Made by a program: the position numbers and the translations under genes
DNA from: a virus
Taxonomy: Duplodnaviria > Caudoviricetes
IMG/VR virus record: IMGVR_UViG_3300007734_000743
Coordinates: 1-62,388 of that record
Direction: 5' to 3' (one strand)
DNA: 62,388 nucleotides
Notes under the pieces: model-generated
What the model saw: the letters and a program-made list of their open reading frames with translations, nothing else
Database searches by the model: none
What the model was told of the DNA's origin: nothing
Part shown: positions 16,795 through 26,691 of the stretch, one piece after another
How the letters are laid out: every line of letters begins with the position of its first letter
Numbering within the stretch: position 1 is the stretch's first letter

Positions 16795-17601
16795 TCAACG
16801 AAGAGTGACCATCTTTTCGTGTCCCACCTTAACCTCTGGGTCAACAAAACATTTAATTCCTTTTTCTCTAAGCTCAAGGAAGAAGCTAGCATCTTCAGAG
16901 CTAAAATCATAGATTTCACCACCTTTTAGCTCATGGAATTGAGGTTTAAAGAAAGGATACTCAAACTGCTCATGTACGCCAGAGCGAACCATGAGCCAAC
17001 CAAATCCGATGTATACACAGGGAAATACTCCGCCGAGCTCTTTAAATTCTTGCTCTTTCTTCTTTTCTTCCATGTCTGCCATAGTCAAAAACTTGAAACT
17101 ACCATTTTGTTGGAAGAAATCTTCATCCCACTTGTCTACACATGTGGTGTGATGTCCGTCTGCCATTAAATAAAGACCTGAAAGCATAGGCATTTCAGGA
17201 TTCTTTTGCATTCTTTCAAGCAGTTTGAAAAAGTCATCTGGAGTAAAAACAATGTCAGAATCAATCCACATGATGTAATCATATGTATATTCGCCATTAA
17301 ACGGTTTTTGATTTCTTCCACGAAGAACGTGAGCACGTAAGCAAGCAGACCGAGCGTAATAAACCACAGGACTATAAGCATTACTCAAGGCAAAAGAAAT
17401 ACCATTTTGATACATTGCATTACAAAGATTAGTCCAGCTTTGCAAAAAATTTGCAGTGAACTCTCTTCCGGGAATACAAAAAATCACATTGATATGTGGT
17501 TTTGCTCCTGGAGCGGCAGTTTGAGGTGCAGGTCTTTGTACAGACTGTTGAAGAAATTGTGCTTTTTGTTCTTGTGAGCTTGAGTCGTGCTTAAACTTCA
17601 T
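16795..17601 (-). CDS. GT-A (GT2-like) glycosyltransferase
   Basis: YDYIMWIDSDIVF (DxD), GFGW, SED.SF, VGHEK. Confidence 0.8.
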   Translation of the reverse strand: MKFKHDSSSQEQKAQFLQQSVQRPAPQTAAPGAKPHINVIFCIPGREFTANFLQSWTNLCNAMYQNGISFALSNAYSPVVYYARSACLRAHVLRGRNQKPFNGEYTYDYIMWIDSDIVFTPDDFFKLLERMQKNPEMPMLSGLYLMADGHHTTCVDKWDEDFFQQNGSFKFLTMADMEEKKKEQEFKELGGVFPCVYIGFGWLMVRSGVHEQFEYPFFKPQFHELKGGEIYDFSSEDASFFLELREKGIKCFVDPEVKVGHEKMVTLR

Positions 17602-17605
17602 ACTA

Positions 17606-17791
17606 TTATTTTACAGTATTTTTTGGCTCTTTCAGTCTTTCAAGTCTTTTTCTTCTTTTTTTAGCTGAAGGCTTTTCATACCTTGAGCGTTCTTTTTGCT
17701 CTTTGAGAACACCATCAAATGTCACAGCGGCATTGAATCTTTTCAATAAACTGTCGATACTTTCATTTTGTCTTCTTACTGTTTTAATCAT
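17606..17791 (-). CDS. rpsU: Ribosomal protein bS21
   Basis: VRRQNESIDSLLKRF...GVLKE.KER.RYEKPS.KKRRK. Confidence 0.9.
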   Translation of the reverse strand: MIKTVRRQNESIDSLLKRFNAAVTFDGVLKEQKERSRYEKPSAKKRRKRLERLKEPKNTVK

Positions 17792-18314
17792 TGTTAATTC
17801 CAAATATTTGTTTTGTAGTTTTCAATACTATTATACCATTATTTAACTCATTGAGTAAATCCAGCACAATCTTACAATCAAAATCTTCAACAAAGAAAGA
17901 TGACAAAGCCTTAGCATCATCAATTATAGACTGGTCAATAACAATATGCTCATCGTCTGTAAAAAATAAACCAGACAATTCTTTATCAAGAAGATAAACA
18001 TCGCCCAGCACTTTTAATCTTTCGAAATTGACATTTAAATGTTGAAGCATTAAAATTTGGTCTTTTTCAAGAAAATTTTCTGGCTTATCATTCAGAAAAA
18101 CTTTTACAGTGAATCTTTTCGCAGATTTCTTAAGCTTTGGTTTGTAAACCCACTTATTTTTACCTAGATAAAAAAATGGACTGTAATTACCTTGTATTTT
18201 TAATCGCACAATAGTATTAGGAAAAAGCTCTTCAATTCTTTTTGTCACTGAAAGTAAAGTGCTTTTTTCATTTACATCCAGGCAGACAAAAGGTTTTGAT
18301 TTGTTTTCTTCCAT
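17784..18314 (-). CDS. Hypothetical protein
   Basis: CGTATAAT-N5-ATG start. Confidence 0.7.
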   Translation of the reverse strand: MEENKSKPFVCLDVNEKSTLLSVTKRIEELFPNTIVRLKIQGNYSPFFYLGKNKWVYKPKLKKSAKRFTVKVFLNDKPENFLEKDQILMLQHLNVNFERLKVLGDVYLLDKELSGLFFTDDEHIVIDQSIIDDAKALSSFFVEDFDCKIVLDLLNELNNGIIVLKTTKQIFGINND

Positions 18315-18320
18315 AGATTA

Positions 18321-19058
18321 TTATACGGCTACTGTCAGTTTAATTTCGTTAAATTTGAATACATTTTCAAGAGTTTTATATTTAGTCAAGTGATAAATTA
18401 AGGTTTTTTCCAGAAAATCTTTATGAACAAAAAAACCTTGAGTGCTAAAAGTTTCTTGACTCACGCATTCAATAATGTAAAATTTCATCTCAGCTAATTT
18501 TTGACAAACACTCAACATCTCTTCGCTTATTCTCTCTCCAAAGTAAACATACATTGAATTAGAAAGCATGCAAGATACTATTTGCTCTTCTTTCGTTCCA
18601 TCAATCACCTGACACAATCTGTGGTCAGATTTATCACCTTTTACTTCAAGAAATGTATTTATTTCTTTTTTTTCAATCGGTAAAAGTATTTCTTGCCTGT
18701 AAGCATTTTTAAAATTAGCTTTAATATTCTTTATTATTAAAATTGGCTCATTTGTTTGAATTAAAATTGCTTCTCCAAAACTTCGCATTTCTTTATAAAG
18801 AATGATGGCCTCTTGCAAACTTCTTGGAGTAATGATTAACCATTTTGTTTGGCTAGTCAACAAGTTTCTCCAATAATATTCAATAAATTGCGGTGATTCT
18901 TTATGGATTAGTATTACATCTGATGTATCAGATTGTGTTAACTGCTTGGTTTGAATTAAAGAATTAATTCTTGAATGAAGTAAAAATGGCTCTCCTAAAA
19001 AATTCAATGATTTAATGTTTGTTTTTAATAAAACTGAGAACAAGCAATAATCAATCAT
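18321..19058 (-). CDS. Hypothetical protein
   Basis: 245-aa ORF with TGTACAAT-N6-ATG start. Confidence 0.7.
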   Translation of the reverse strand: MIDYCLFSVLLKTNIKSLNFLGEPFLLHSRINSLIQTKQLTQSDTSDVILIHKESPQFIEYYWRNLLTSQTKWLIITPRSLQEAIILYKEMRSFGEAILIQTNEPILIIKNIKANFKNAYRQEILLPIEKKEINTFLEVKGDKSDHRLCQVIDGTKEEQIVSCMLSNSMYVYFGERISEEMLSVCQKLAEMKFYIIECVSQETFSTQGFFVHKDFLEKTLIYHLTKYKTLENVFKFNEIKLTVAV

Positions 19059-19105
19059 TATTTAATTGTACAGGTATAAAAAGTAGCACTGGAGAATAAA
19101 AATAT

Positions 19106-20008
19106 GTGCCAGCTAAAAAACCTTCATTGCATGTTTTTGATTTTGATGATACATTGTTTACTACAGATAATACTGTTGGCATTTTGATTCCTGGCAGAGA
19201 AAGAATTGATTTAGATTCATACGAGTATGGTCAACTAGAAAAGAATCATGAATTACCATCGAAAAATATTACCAAAGATGATGTAAGAAATGCTAAGTTC
19301 ATGTTTGATAATTTTGAAGAGGTAAAAAATCCAAGACCAATCAAAAGAAATTTGGCTATTTTTGGCAACATTCTTCTACACAGTCCTGACAATCTATTTA
19401 TCCTTACAGCTAGAGGCTCAGGCTCTAACAAAGCCGATATCAAAAACATCATAGATAATTACTTCGGGCCAATTTTACCAGAGACAGGTTTTGATATTGG
19501 TCACATCATTACAAGAGATGAACAATCCCACTATCTGGGTGATACGGCTGAAAAGAAAAAGCAAACCATTGAAGATTTAAGAGATTTCAAAGGTATTGAA
19601 AAAGTACACTTTGTAGATGATGCACCAAAAAATGTTGAAAAGGTGCAAGAAATTCCTGGAGCCAGGGCGAGATTGGTGAAACATCCCAGAGAGGAAGAGA
19701 GTACACAATCTGAGAATAGTTTTAAAGGAGCTAGTAAAACAATGCCAAGAGAAAATGTGCCACACAGAGTAGACGAAATTGCTGATGCAATAGTTGAAAA
19801 AATGAAGAAAGATAAGAAAAATCTTTCAAAAGAAAAAATGTACGACATAGCTTACGGCACAGCATGGAAAACTTATTATAAAGAGAATCCAAAAGCTAAG
19901 AAAAACAGAGAGAAAAAATCTGAAGAAATACTTGCTAATTTAAGAATGGCAGAAGTATTAGATTCTTTATCGTACTACAGCTGGGCTGACCTTTTTCAAG
20001 AGATTTAA
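19106..20008 (+). CDS. HAD-superfamily phosphatase (RNA-repair-type HAD-like) with a C-terminal ChaB-like extension
   Basis: VFDFDDTLF, ILTAR, K, FVDD..N; C-terminal IAYGTAWK. Confidence 0.75.
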   Translation: MPAKKPSLHVFDFDDTLFTTDNTVGILIPGRERIDLDSYEYGQLEKNHELPSKNITKDDVRNAKFMFDNFEEVKNPRPIKRNLAIFGNILLHSPDNLFILTARGSGSNKADIKNIIDNYFGPILPETGFDIGHIITRDEQSHYLGDTAEKKKQTIEDLRDFKGIEKVHFVDDAPKNVEKVQEIPGARARLVKHPREEESTQSENSFKGASKTMPRENVPHRVDEIADAIVEKMKKDKKNLSKEKMYDIAYGTAWKTYYKENPKAKKNREKKSEEILANLRMAEVLDSLSYYSWADLFQEI

Positions 20009-20027
20009 TTCTACAGCATAACAAACT

Positions 20028-20051
20028 TAGCCCCGAATGGGGCTATTTTTT
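20028..20051 (+). terminator. Intrinsic terminator
   Basis: TAGCCCC-GAAT-GGGGCTA followed by TTTTTT, between convergent genes. Confidence 0.8.
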
Positions 20052-21036
20052 AATTTACTGATTTAACCCAAACTTCAAGTGCAGGAATCGTGCCAAGTCC
20101 AGCTACAGAGCCACTTGCAACAGCAATAGAAGTGATACCCAAAGATTTATACGTTGAGTTATTGTATATACCAATTGTAGCTCTACCAGGGTTTCCAATG
20201 TTTAAGTTAACAGATGTGCTTACACCCGTAGATAAATAAACAGTTAATCCCAAATTAGCTACAATAGCTGTTGAAGCGCCTCCTGTCAGAGAAGATGTTC
20301 CAAATCTAAACTCAAGATACTCTGGATTTTGAATTGGCCTAAAGGCAAAAAGATTTGTTGTTAAAGAGCTTACTGGCCCACTCAAAGTTAAAGTATTCGA
20401 ATTGTAATATCCTACCACTGTTGTATTTAAGGCAATGTTTGTTGCAGTGGGCATAGAGGCTGAATTGTTAGCAACAATAATGTCTCCTGGCAACGCAAAA
20501 TTAGATATTGATGTTTGAAAACCAGAAATTGCTACATTATTACCAGAAATACTAACAGCTGTAGCTGTATTTTGTCTGTTTGTAGTAGAGGAATTAGGAG
20601 GATAGATTACAAAAGTTGTACCAGTCCATGTAGCAAAACCCACTTGTTGAACTAGCTCTTGTGCGTTGGCTTGATACCAAATAGATTTAAAAGTATTAGA
20701 CCATGCTACGTTTCTTGATGGAATTAACCCAGTGAAATAGTCTCTTAAAGCAGAGCCATAAGTGCTATTGAAAAAAGTGTTTACTACTTGAGCAACACTA
20801 CGAGCGATATTTGTAGCTGCGGAGCTGTAGGTGCTTTCTGAAGCTAAATGAGCATTAACTACCGAAAGTCCATTAGCAACATCACTTGTACTCATGCTAG
20901 AAAGAAAAAGTTGCCTAGCTGGATAGTAATTTATAAGAGTGGAAGATGGATTATACACTTCCTCAAAACCTTTAGCATATGTGGAACCAATTATGCCTTG
21001 GTAATTATTAAAAAAACTTGTATCAGAAATAGCCAT
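20050..21036 (-). CDS. Probable virion structural protein (S/T/N/A/G-rich, few charged residues)
   Basis: Composition; SigH-type promoter. Confidence 0.55.
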   Translation of the reverse strand: MAISDTSFFNNYQGIIGSTYAKGFEEVYNPSSTLINYYPARQLFLSSMSTSDVANGLSVVNAHLASESTYSSAATNIARSVAQVVNTFFNSTYGSALRDYFTGLIPSRNVAWSNTFKSIWYQANAQELVQQVGFATWTGTTFVIYPPNSSTTNRQNTATAVSISGNNVAISGFQTSISNFALPGDIIVANNSASMPTATNIALNTTVVGYYNSNTLTLSGPVSSLTTNLFAFRPIQNPEYLEFRFGTSSLTGGASTAIVANLGLTVYLSTGVSTSVNLNIGNPGRATIGIYNNSTYKSLGITSIAVASGSVAGLGTIPALEVWVKSVN

Positions 21037-21062
21037 CCTGATACAAGTTTCTGACTACGAAA

Positions 21063-21320
21063 TTAGTTTTCCTTCTTAACTTGCATTGCTGCAACCATAG
21101 CTTTTACTTCTGGTTGCTTCAGGAAGTTGAACGTCAACTGGTCAAATCCAAAAGCACCCCAGAACGCAGGAATAAGCAATTTGATACCTGCTTGCAGTGC
21201 GTTATGAAAATCTTGTGAAGCAACAAGCTCATTGCTGAAACCAGCAAGGAACGTTCCTCCCATGATGATTAGTGCTTTGGTAAGCAACGGCGAAAGTTTA
21301 TAGTCTTGAAAATATTTCAT
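21063..21320 (-). CDS. Small two-TM protein, holin-like
   Basis: Two hydrophobic helices, charged C-terminus; AGGAG ribosome-binding site. Confidence 0.45.
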   Translation of the reverse strand: MKYFQDYKLSPLLTKALIIMGGTFLAGFSNELVASQDFHNALQAGIKLLIPAFWGAFGFDQLTFNFLKQPEVKAMVAAMQVKKEN

Positions 21321-21336
21321 TTTTATACTCCTTAAT

Positions 21337-22332
21337 TTATATACGACTTCGATAGCGTAAAATTGCAAATTTTTGAAAATCTTCTAGATTATTTACACCT
21401 GAATAAGTCAAAGAAGACCTAATTCCAGCAATAAACTCTTTCAAAATGTCAGTGGTTTCGCCAGCGTAAGCCATTCTTATAGCTTTACCTTCTGGTGCAA
21501 CATGCGATTTTCTACTACCGAAAAACTTATCCATAGCTGTTTTAGATGACATCCCGTAGTAAAGTTTATATGAGCTTCCATCAGGGTCATGCACTAATTC
21601 AGACGGTGAATCTGAGGTAGGTGCAAGAACGCTACCAAGGCAGACAAAATCTGCACCAGCAGCTAGAGCTTTAGATGCATCGCCTGAGGTAGAAATACCT
21701 CCATCAGCTATAATTGAAGCTGTGGTTTTTTCCTTTGCACATTCGTAAACAGATTGTAATGTTGGGACGTGATGTCCAGTTACATATTTAGTGGTGCAAG
21801 CTTTTCCGCCAGCAATTCCCACTCTTACAGCATCTGCACCATGCTCTGCTAAAAACTTATAACCCGCAGCTGTTGCCACATTTCCAGCTACAACAGTATT
21901 GTAACCAATTTTCTTTACCTTGGACACAAACTCCCCCATTTTTTTAGTGTGTCCGTGAGCAATGTCTACTAAAACAATAGCATCATTACCTAATAGATAA
22001 AATATATCTTTTGCTGTATTCAAATCTTCTTCTTTAATTCCAATTGAATAAGCAAAGTATTTCATTTTGCCTGGTTGAGATACTGTGAGATTGATTAATT
22101 CATCGCGAGTAAGAAATCTGTGGTAAAAAGCAAGAGACCCGAATTTATCGAAGGTATTTGCCATTTTTTCGCCTACCACTGAGGCCATGTTTGAGGCAAT
22201 TACGGGATTTTTTAATGTAACAGAAGATGATAATTTACTTGATAAATCAGGATGAGCTCTGCTTTCTATTTCAGAATATCTAGGCTCTAACCAAACATCA
22301 TCAAATGTTAATATATTAGAAGGTTTTAACAC
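21337..22332 (-). CDS. IMP dehydrogenase / GMP reductase family (no CBS domain)
   Basis: LTFDDV.L.P, VDIAHGH, AGNVAT, VGIAGGKACTT, IIADGGI, YYGMSS, APEG. Confidence 0.92.
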   Translation of the reverse strand: MLKPSNILTFDDVWLEPRYSEIESRAHPDLSSKLSSSVTLKNPVIASNMASVVGEKMANTFDKFGSLAFYHRFLTRDELINLTVSQPGKMKYFAYSIGIKEEDLNTAKDIFYLLGNDAIVLVDIAHGHTKKMGEFVSKVKKIGYNTVVAGNVATAAGYKFLAEHGADAVRVGIAGGKACTTKYVTGHHVPTLQSVYECAKEKTTASIIADGGISTSGDASKALAAGADFVCLGSVLAPTSDSPSELVHDPDGSSYKLYYGMSSKTAMDKFFGSRKSHVAPEGKAIRMAYAGETTDILKEFIAGIRSSLTYSGVNNLEDFQKFAILRYRSRI

Positions 22333-22346
22333 AATTATTTATACGA

Positions 22347-22811
22347 TTAAAAATCGTCTAAATCAAAAAATCTTTCTTCTCTTTCAAAATCTTCGCAGTT
22401 GTCAATTTTTCTGAGAGCATTCATCCAGTCTTCTTGCTCCACGGATTCAGAGCCAATGTCTTCAATTATAGCCTTTACCATGTGAAGAATTCCTTCTTTG
22501 TTTGGGCAATTACATTTGTTTAAGAAATCTTTGTCTAGCTCAGAAATTTCATCTTCGAAATCATCAGAATTTAATAATGTTTCAATCAAATGCTCACCAA
22601 CATTTACTAATGTTTCATGAGTTTTCCCGCTTGGCAAAAGTACTTTTACTTTTACTTGCTCATTCAAGTCATCTACATCAAGTTGGTCAAGTAGCTCTAA
22701 ATAAAGCATAAATACTTTCTTGGCGTAGTTATTCACGCAGTTTTGTAAACCTTCGCCTTCTTCTACTTGGCTTAGTTTGTAATATATCGAGTTTAATAAA
22801 TTTGGTTTCAT
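22347..22811 (-). CDS. Acidic hypothetical protein
   Basis: Operonic; N-terminal YYKLSQ. Confidence 0.7.
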   Translation of the reverse strand: MKPNLLNSIYYKLSQVEEGEGLQNCVNNYAKKVFMLYLELLDQLDVDDLNEQVKVKVLLPSGKTHETLVNVGEHLIETLLNSDDFEDEISELDKDFLNKCNCPNKEGILHMVKAIIEDIGSESVEQEDWMNALRKIDNCEDFEREERFFDLDDF

Positions 22812-22815
22812 TTTT

Positions 22816-23394
22816 TTACCTCATTGTTGTTTCTACTAAATACTCTGGAATCATATTAAAAACTTCTGTACCAGAATCGGGAAGCTCAAGCACTACATGC
22901 TTACTATCAATTATTACAGGAAGATTTAAAATATCCTCTGGAAATAATTCTAAAATCATTTTAGGAGTAAGTAAGTCATCAAAATCCCAGCTTCCTTTCA
23001 AATCAAAAAAATGGTCATGATACATTTTTAAACAATTTCTGAAAGAAGTTTCAATTTTCACCCCTTCTGATTTTACAAGTTTTTGAACAAGCTTATTACT
23101 AGCAGTTTTTGGATTAGACTTTCCACCTTGAGATGGTGTGTATTGAGTTATGTGTGGGCTTTTGCCTTTTCTTTTCTTTTTTTCGTTTTTTCTTTTAGCT
23201 CTTATTCTGCTTTTTCTTTCTTTTTCATCAAGCGTTCTGGCTTTTGCGGCAGGGGTGCACACTGGGTATTTTCCTTTGTCGGCATCTGAACGGCCACATT
23301 CTTCATAACCGCCACCTTTTTTGGGTCTTGAGACATCCACCCATTTTTCCTCTTTAAACCATTCTTTGAGGTCAGCTGCCTTAAAAATACCCAT
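22816..23394 (-). CDS. Conserved basic phage protein (WFKEEKWVDV...ECGR...YPVCTP)
   Basis: Motif familiar from aquatic phages; usually next to DUF5872-like genes. Confidence 0.7.
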   Translation of the reverse strand: MGIFKAADLKEWFKEEKWVDVSRPKKGGGYEECGRSDADKGKYPVCTPAAKARTLDEKERKSRIRAKRKNEKKKRKGKSPHITQYTPSQGGKSNPKTASNKLVQKLVKSEGVKIETSFRNCLKMYHDHFFDLKGSWDFDDLLTPKMILELFPEDILNLPVIIDSKHVVLELPDSGTEVFNMIPEYLVETTMR

Positions 23395-23675
23395 TATTTT
23401 TTGCGATACCCTCCGCCCCTTGCTTTGTAAGTTTTAACGAGCCAAGCGTTAGCATAAGCACTCGGATAAACATCAAATTTCCTTTTAGCTTCTGATTTTA
23501 CTCTATTATAAAGAGCCATATTTGTTGGAACGTTATTTGAAGTACCTTTATATTTAGATTTCTTTTTCTTTTTTGCTAAACGTAAAGCAAAATCAAGCAT
23601 GGCTTCTGCCAGCACTACATTTCCGTTTTCATATTCATGAATGCCTTGTTCAACAATCTCAGAAATTCTAAGCAT
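23394..23675 (-). CDS. DUF5872-like basic protein
   Basis: PTN.ALY.RVK..AK.KF.VYPSAYA.AWLVK.YK..GG.Y. Confidence 0.7.
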   Translation of the reverse strand: MLRISEIVEQGIHEYENGNVVLAEAMLDFALRLAKKKKKSKYKGTSNNVPTNMALYNRVKSEAKRKFDVYPSAYANAWLVKTYKARGGGYRKK

Positions 23676-23692
23676 AAAGTTTATTTATAACT

Positions 23693-24373
23693 TTATTCTT
23701 CAACATCCTCTACATCAAAACAACTAATATATCTTGACCAAGATTTATCTGTACCTGACTCAAATATTTCTTCTCTTGTTCCATTAATCAAAGGAGAGAG
23801 TTCTTCAAAAATCCATTTTTTGAACCTAGCAGTATCAAAAGGGATAGGAACCCAGGCTAATTCACCAGACAAATTGCCACTATTCAAACTAAAACTAAAT
23901 TTGCCAGGTTGATATGCAATTAATCCTAAACCTTCAATAGCTTTAGGCTCGCCTCTAAAAGGTTTTTGCAAACAATAAGCGTATGCCATTAATTGTAGAA
24001 AATAAATGTTAGCAAGTTTTTCAGAAATGTGGGTAGTTTTATAATCTACAACAAAATATTTACCATTTCTTCTGTCAAGCAAACAGTCAATTTTACCTTT
24101 AAATCCCACTTTGAAGTTTCCAAGGTCAATCAATTGACTTTGCACGTAAATATCGTCATGTGTAATATGTCCATCTGGAGCCCCTGTTACAATTTCTGTG
24201 CAGGTTACTTTTTCAAAAGCATCTTTCATACACAAATCAATCGTATTAAAAACTGAAGGAAAAGCTTGTTTAGGCCTTTGAATCTCCAAAACATATTTGT
24301 CGTAAAAACCTATTTTAGAGTCAGACCAGAAATAGGAAAGGTCGGAAGGCGAAAGCCAAATTTCTCTCATCAT
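23693..24373 (-). CDS. PD-(D/E)xK nuclease (RecB-like exonuclease)
   Basis: LSPS, GKIDCLL...VVDYKT, QL.AYAY. Confidence 0.85.
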   Translation of the reverse strand: MMREIWLSPSDLSYFWSDSKIGFYDKYVLEIQRPKQAFPSVFNTIDLCMKDAFEKVTCTEIVTGAPDGHITHDDIYVQSQLIDLGNFKVGFKGKIDCLLDRRNGKYFVVDYKTTHISEKLANIYFLQLMAYAYCLQKPFRGEPKAIEGLGLIAYQPGKFSFSLNSGNLSGELAWVPIPFDTARFKKWIFEELSPLINGTREEIFESGTDKSWSRYISCFDVEDVEE

Positions 24374-24912
24374 TTCTTTCTACGTTTTGTAGTGGCAGTT
24401 TTTCTTCTTTTTATTGGTTTTTTTTCTACTGTTTCATCTTCATCTTCTTCGGAGCAAAACTTCAAAGCGAAATTTTCTCTAGTTTCTTGAGGATGCCTGT
24501 ATCTAAAAATTTCAATTTTAGCCCCAGGATTTTCTTTGTCAGGCATTGTAATCATGTGCGAGCCATTGTCAATCCAGTGAATAAGCTGGTCGTTGGCAAT
24601 TACTCCGTATTTTTCTAAAATATCTCCAATAGCTTGCATGTATCCACACTCATCTCCTAACACCCAGGTGTTTAAAGTTATGGTCAGCTTTACTGAAACA
24701 CCATAAGACATCGGTTTGTGTCCGAGATTTTTCCAAGCGTTTTCAAATACTTCTTGAACGCTTTCTTCATATTTTTCAAATCTCTTCGATGGTAAAATTT
24801 TAGTAAATCTGCCTCTTCTCACAATCCTTTGAGAAGTTTTTTTAGTAGCTGGTCTTCCTGGCACAAAAAATTCTAAAATCTTTTCTCCATCCTTGAGATT
24901 TGAAATGTCCAT
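24370..24912 (-). CDS. RusA-like Holliday junction resolvase
   Basis: VPGRPATKK.SQ, D...Y.QAI.DIL...GVI.ND, D.ENP. Confidence 0.75.
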   Translation of the reverse strand: MDISNLKDGEKILEFFVPGRPATKKTSQRIVRRGRFTKILPSKRFEKYEESVQEVFENAWKNLGHKPMSYGVSVKLTITLNTWVLGDECGYMQAIGDILEKYGVIANDQLIHWIDNGSHMITMPDKENPGAKIEIFRYRHPQETRENFALKFCSEEDEDETVEKKPIKRRKTATTKRRKK

Positions 24913-24928
24913 AATTCAATTATACAGC

Positions 24929-25978
24929 TTAAGCTATATCTGAATAAAATAAATAATTAAGAGCGTAAGGACTATCTCCAGGCCCATAAGATGTTCCATA
25001 CATTGAAAAATCAAAAGTAGTTTTTGTTACATCTCCGGCATTTAGTTTTAAATCTTTAGATTTTACAATTAATGGAGCTTGGTATTGAATGAGAACAGCA
25101 TTTCCAGGCCCCACTGAGATTGTGTTTTCGGTGTAATAATAATCAAACTCTCCAGCAGAATAGTTGTCAGTAAGAACAAGTTGTTCAAATCCGGTAATGT
25201 CTACATTTTGTTTAAAAGAATAAGATTTTACCATAAACACAACAACATTTCCAGTATTGATAAAGTATTTATAATCAATTTCAAATGTTATTTCAAAATC
25301 CATCCCGCTCAAGAAAACTGGAGTGGAAGTTATGAAAAATGGAATGGAGGGCCCAGTTTGCAAAGTTCTTGAAAAAGCCATATTTGCCCAAATATCATAA
25401 TTTCGAGCTGTTCTGGCAATGTATTTAGTAATATCATAATATCCAATAGGTTCCCGAAAAGCATAATCTGCTATTGTAAATCCAGCAATAGGCAGTAAAA
25501 CATTTGATTGAATCACAAGAGTTTGGGAAACACCTGATTCGGTAACTTTTATTGAATAACTCTTAACAACAAGGTTATAATTTAAAGCTTGCTGTTGTGT
25601 TTGTGCTGTTGGGAAGCCATGTAGCTGTTGCCATTGCCAATTTACTAGCCATAACCCTAAATAATTCAAAGAATTGTAAGGCAAAAATTGAGAAGATAGA
25701 TTTGGCGGAGTGGTTTGGCCTCTTATTAAAAGTGGAGCTTCAATGGTATAAGTATAATAAGGAGTGGTTACATCTTGCACTGTTACTCCAGGTTTACCTT
25801 GCACCATTTGCTTAGCAGATGCTTGATTTTCCAACTTGATTTCAAATCTACTAGCAATAATTTTTGCTGAAGTAGAAACTGGACCGGGAGCCAAAATACC
25901 CAAGCTTGCAAAAATTGATTGTATGTTTATTTCAACTACATAAAAGTTTGAAATATATGAAATGGGAAGCAAGGGCAT
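24929..25978 (-). CDS. Probable structural protein (beta-rich, tail-tube-like composition)
   Basis: Alternating aromatic/Thr strands; SigH-type promoter. Confidence 0.45.
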   Translation of the reverse strand: MPLLPISYISNFYVVEINIQSIFASLGILAPGPVSTSAKIIASRFEIKLENQASAKQMVQGKPGVTVQDVTTPYYTYTIEAPLLIRGQTTPPNLSSQFLPYNSLNYLGLWLVNWQWQQLHGFPTAQTQQQALNYNLVVKSYSIKVTESGVSQTLVIQSNVLLPIAGFTIADYAFREPIGYYDITKYIARTARNYDIWANMAFSRTLQTGPSIPFFITSTPVFLSGMDFEITFEIDYKYFINTGNVVVFMVKSYSFKQNVDITGFEQLVLTDNYSAGEFDYYYTENTISVGPGNAVLIQYQAPLIVKSKDLKLNAGDVTKTTFDFSMYGTSYGPGDSPYALNYLFYSDIA

Positions 25979-26034
25979 ACTTTTAATTTCTAGTTCTAAA
26001 CATTACCTTCCTAATTTCTTGTATAAACGTAATT

Positions 26035-26691
26035 ATGAATCAGATTTCAAATCAAAACTTTGACGAAAAAAAATACATAAAAACAAAAATAATGAATAAA
26101 CTAAAAGAATCTGAAAATTACGACGTTAAATTCAATGATTCGGTGACTGAGTTAATCGAAAATATTAATGTAAGTTTATGGCCTCAAAATTCTGATACTT
26201 TTGAAGAGTCAGTGATTGGTTGGGTAAATTTCTGCAACATTGTCAAAGATTTAGTAGTTTCAAACTTAACCATCAATTTAGAAAACTTCAAGAGTAGTTT
26301 TTTGAAACAAGAAACAGGAAAAAAAGTTCACAAAAGTTTTATTACATCTGAAAGACCAATTGATGAAAGTCTTTTAATAGAAGAAGATAGTGCAGAGAAA
26401 ACAAAAAGATTACTGGAAATTTCTGAATCAGTGGATTTGATTGACGATGAAGAAGAAGAGTTTTTATCTGAAGAAGGGCTTAGGTCACGTGGTTTGATTT
26501 CACAAGATGCTACATCTTTAGATGGAGAAGAAGTGGCCAAGCCATCAAATGGCAAAGCTAAAGTTTTAAGGCTTGAAAAAGGTGAGGAAATAGTTAGTCC
26601 TTACACAGGAACTACGCATGTTTGCCAAATTAATTCCACTCTTTGGATGGACATTGATACAGAAGAAACATTTTATGTTTATTTCTCTTGA
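26035..26691 (+). CDS. Hypothetical acidic protein
   Basis: 218-aa ORF. Confidence 0.7.
   Translation: MNQISNQNFDEKKYIKTKIMNKLKESENYDVKFNDSVTELIENINVSLWPQNSDTFEESVIGWVNFCNIVKDLVVSNLTINLENFKSSFLKQETGKKVHKSFITSERPIDESLLIEEDSAEKTKRLLEISESVDLIDDEEEEFLSEEGLRSRGLISQDATSLDGEEVAKPSNGKAKVLRLEKGEEIVSPYTGTTHVCQINSTLWMDIDTEETFYVYFS

Noticed and set aside
23693-24373. Cas4
   Set aside because: PD-(D/E)xK core is present but the four-Cys Fe-S cluster pattern is missing and there is no CRISPR context
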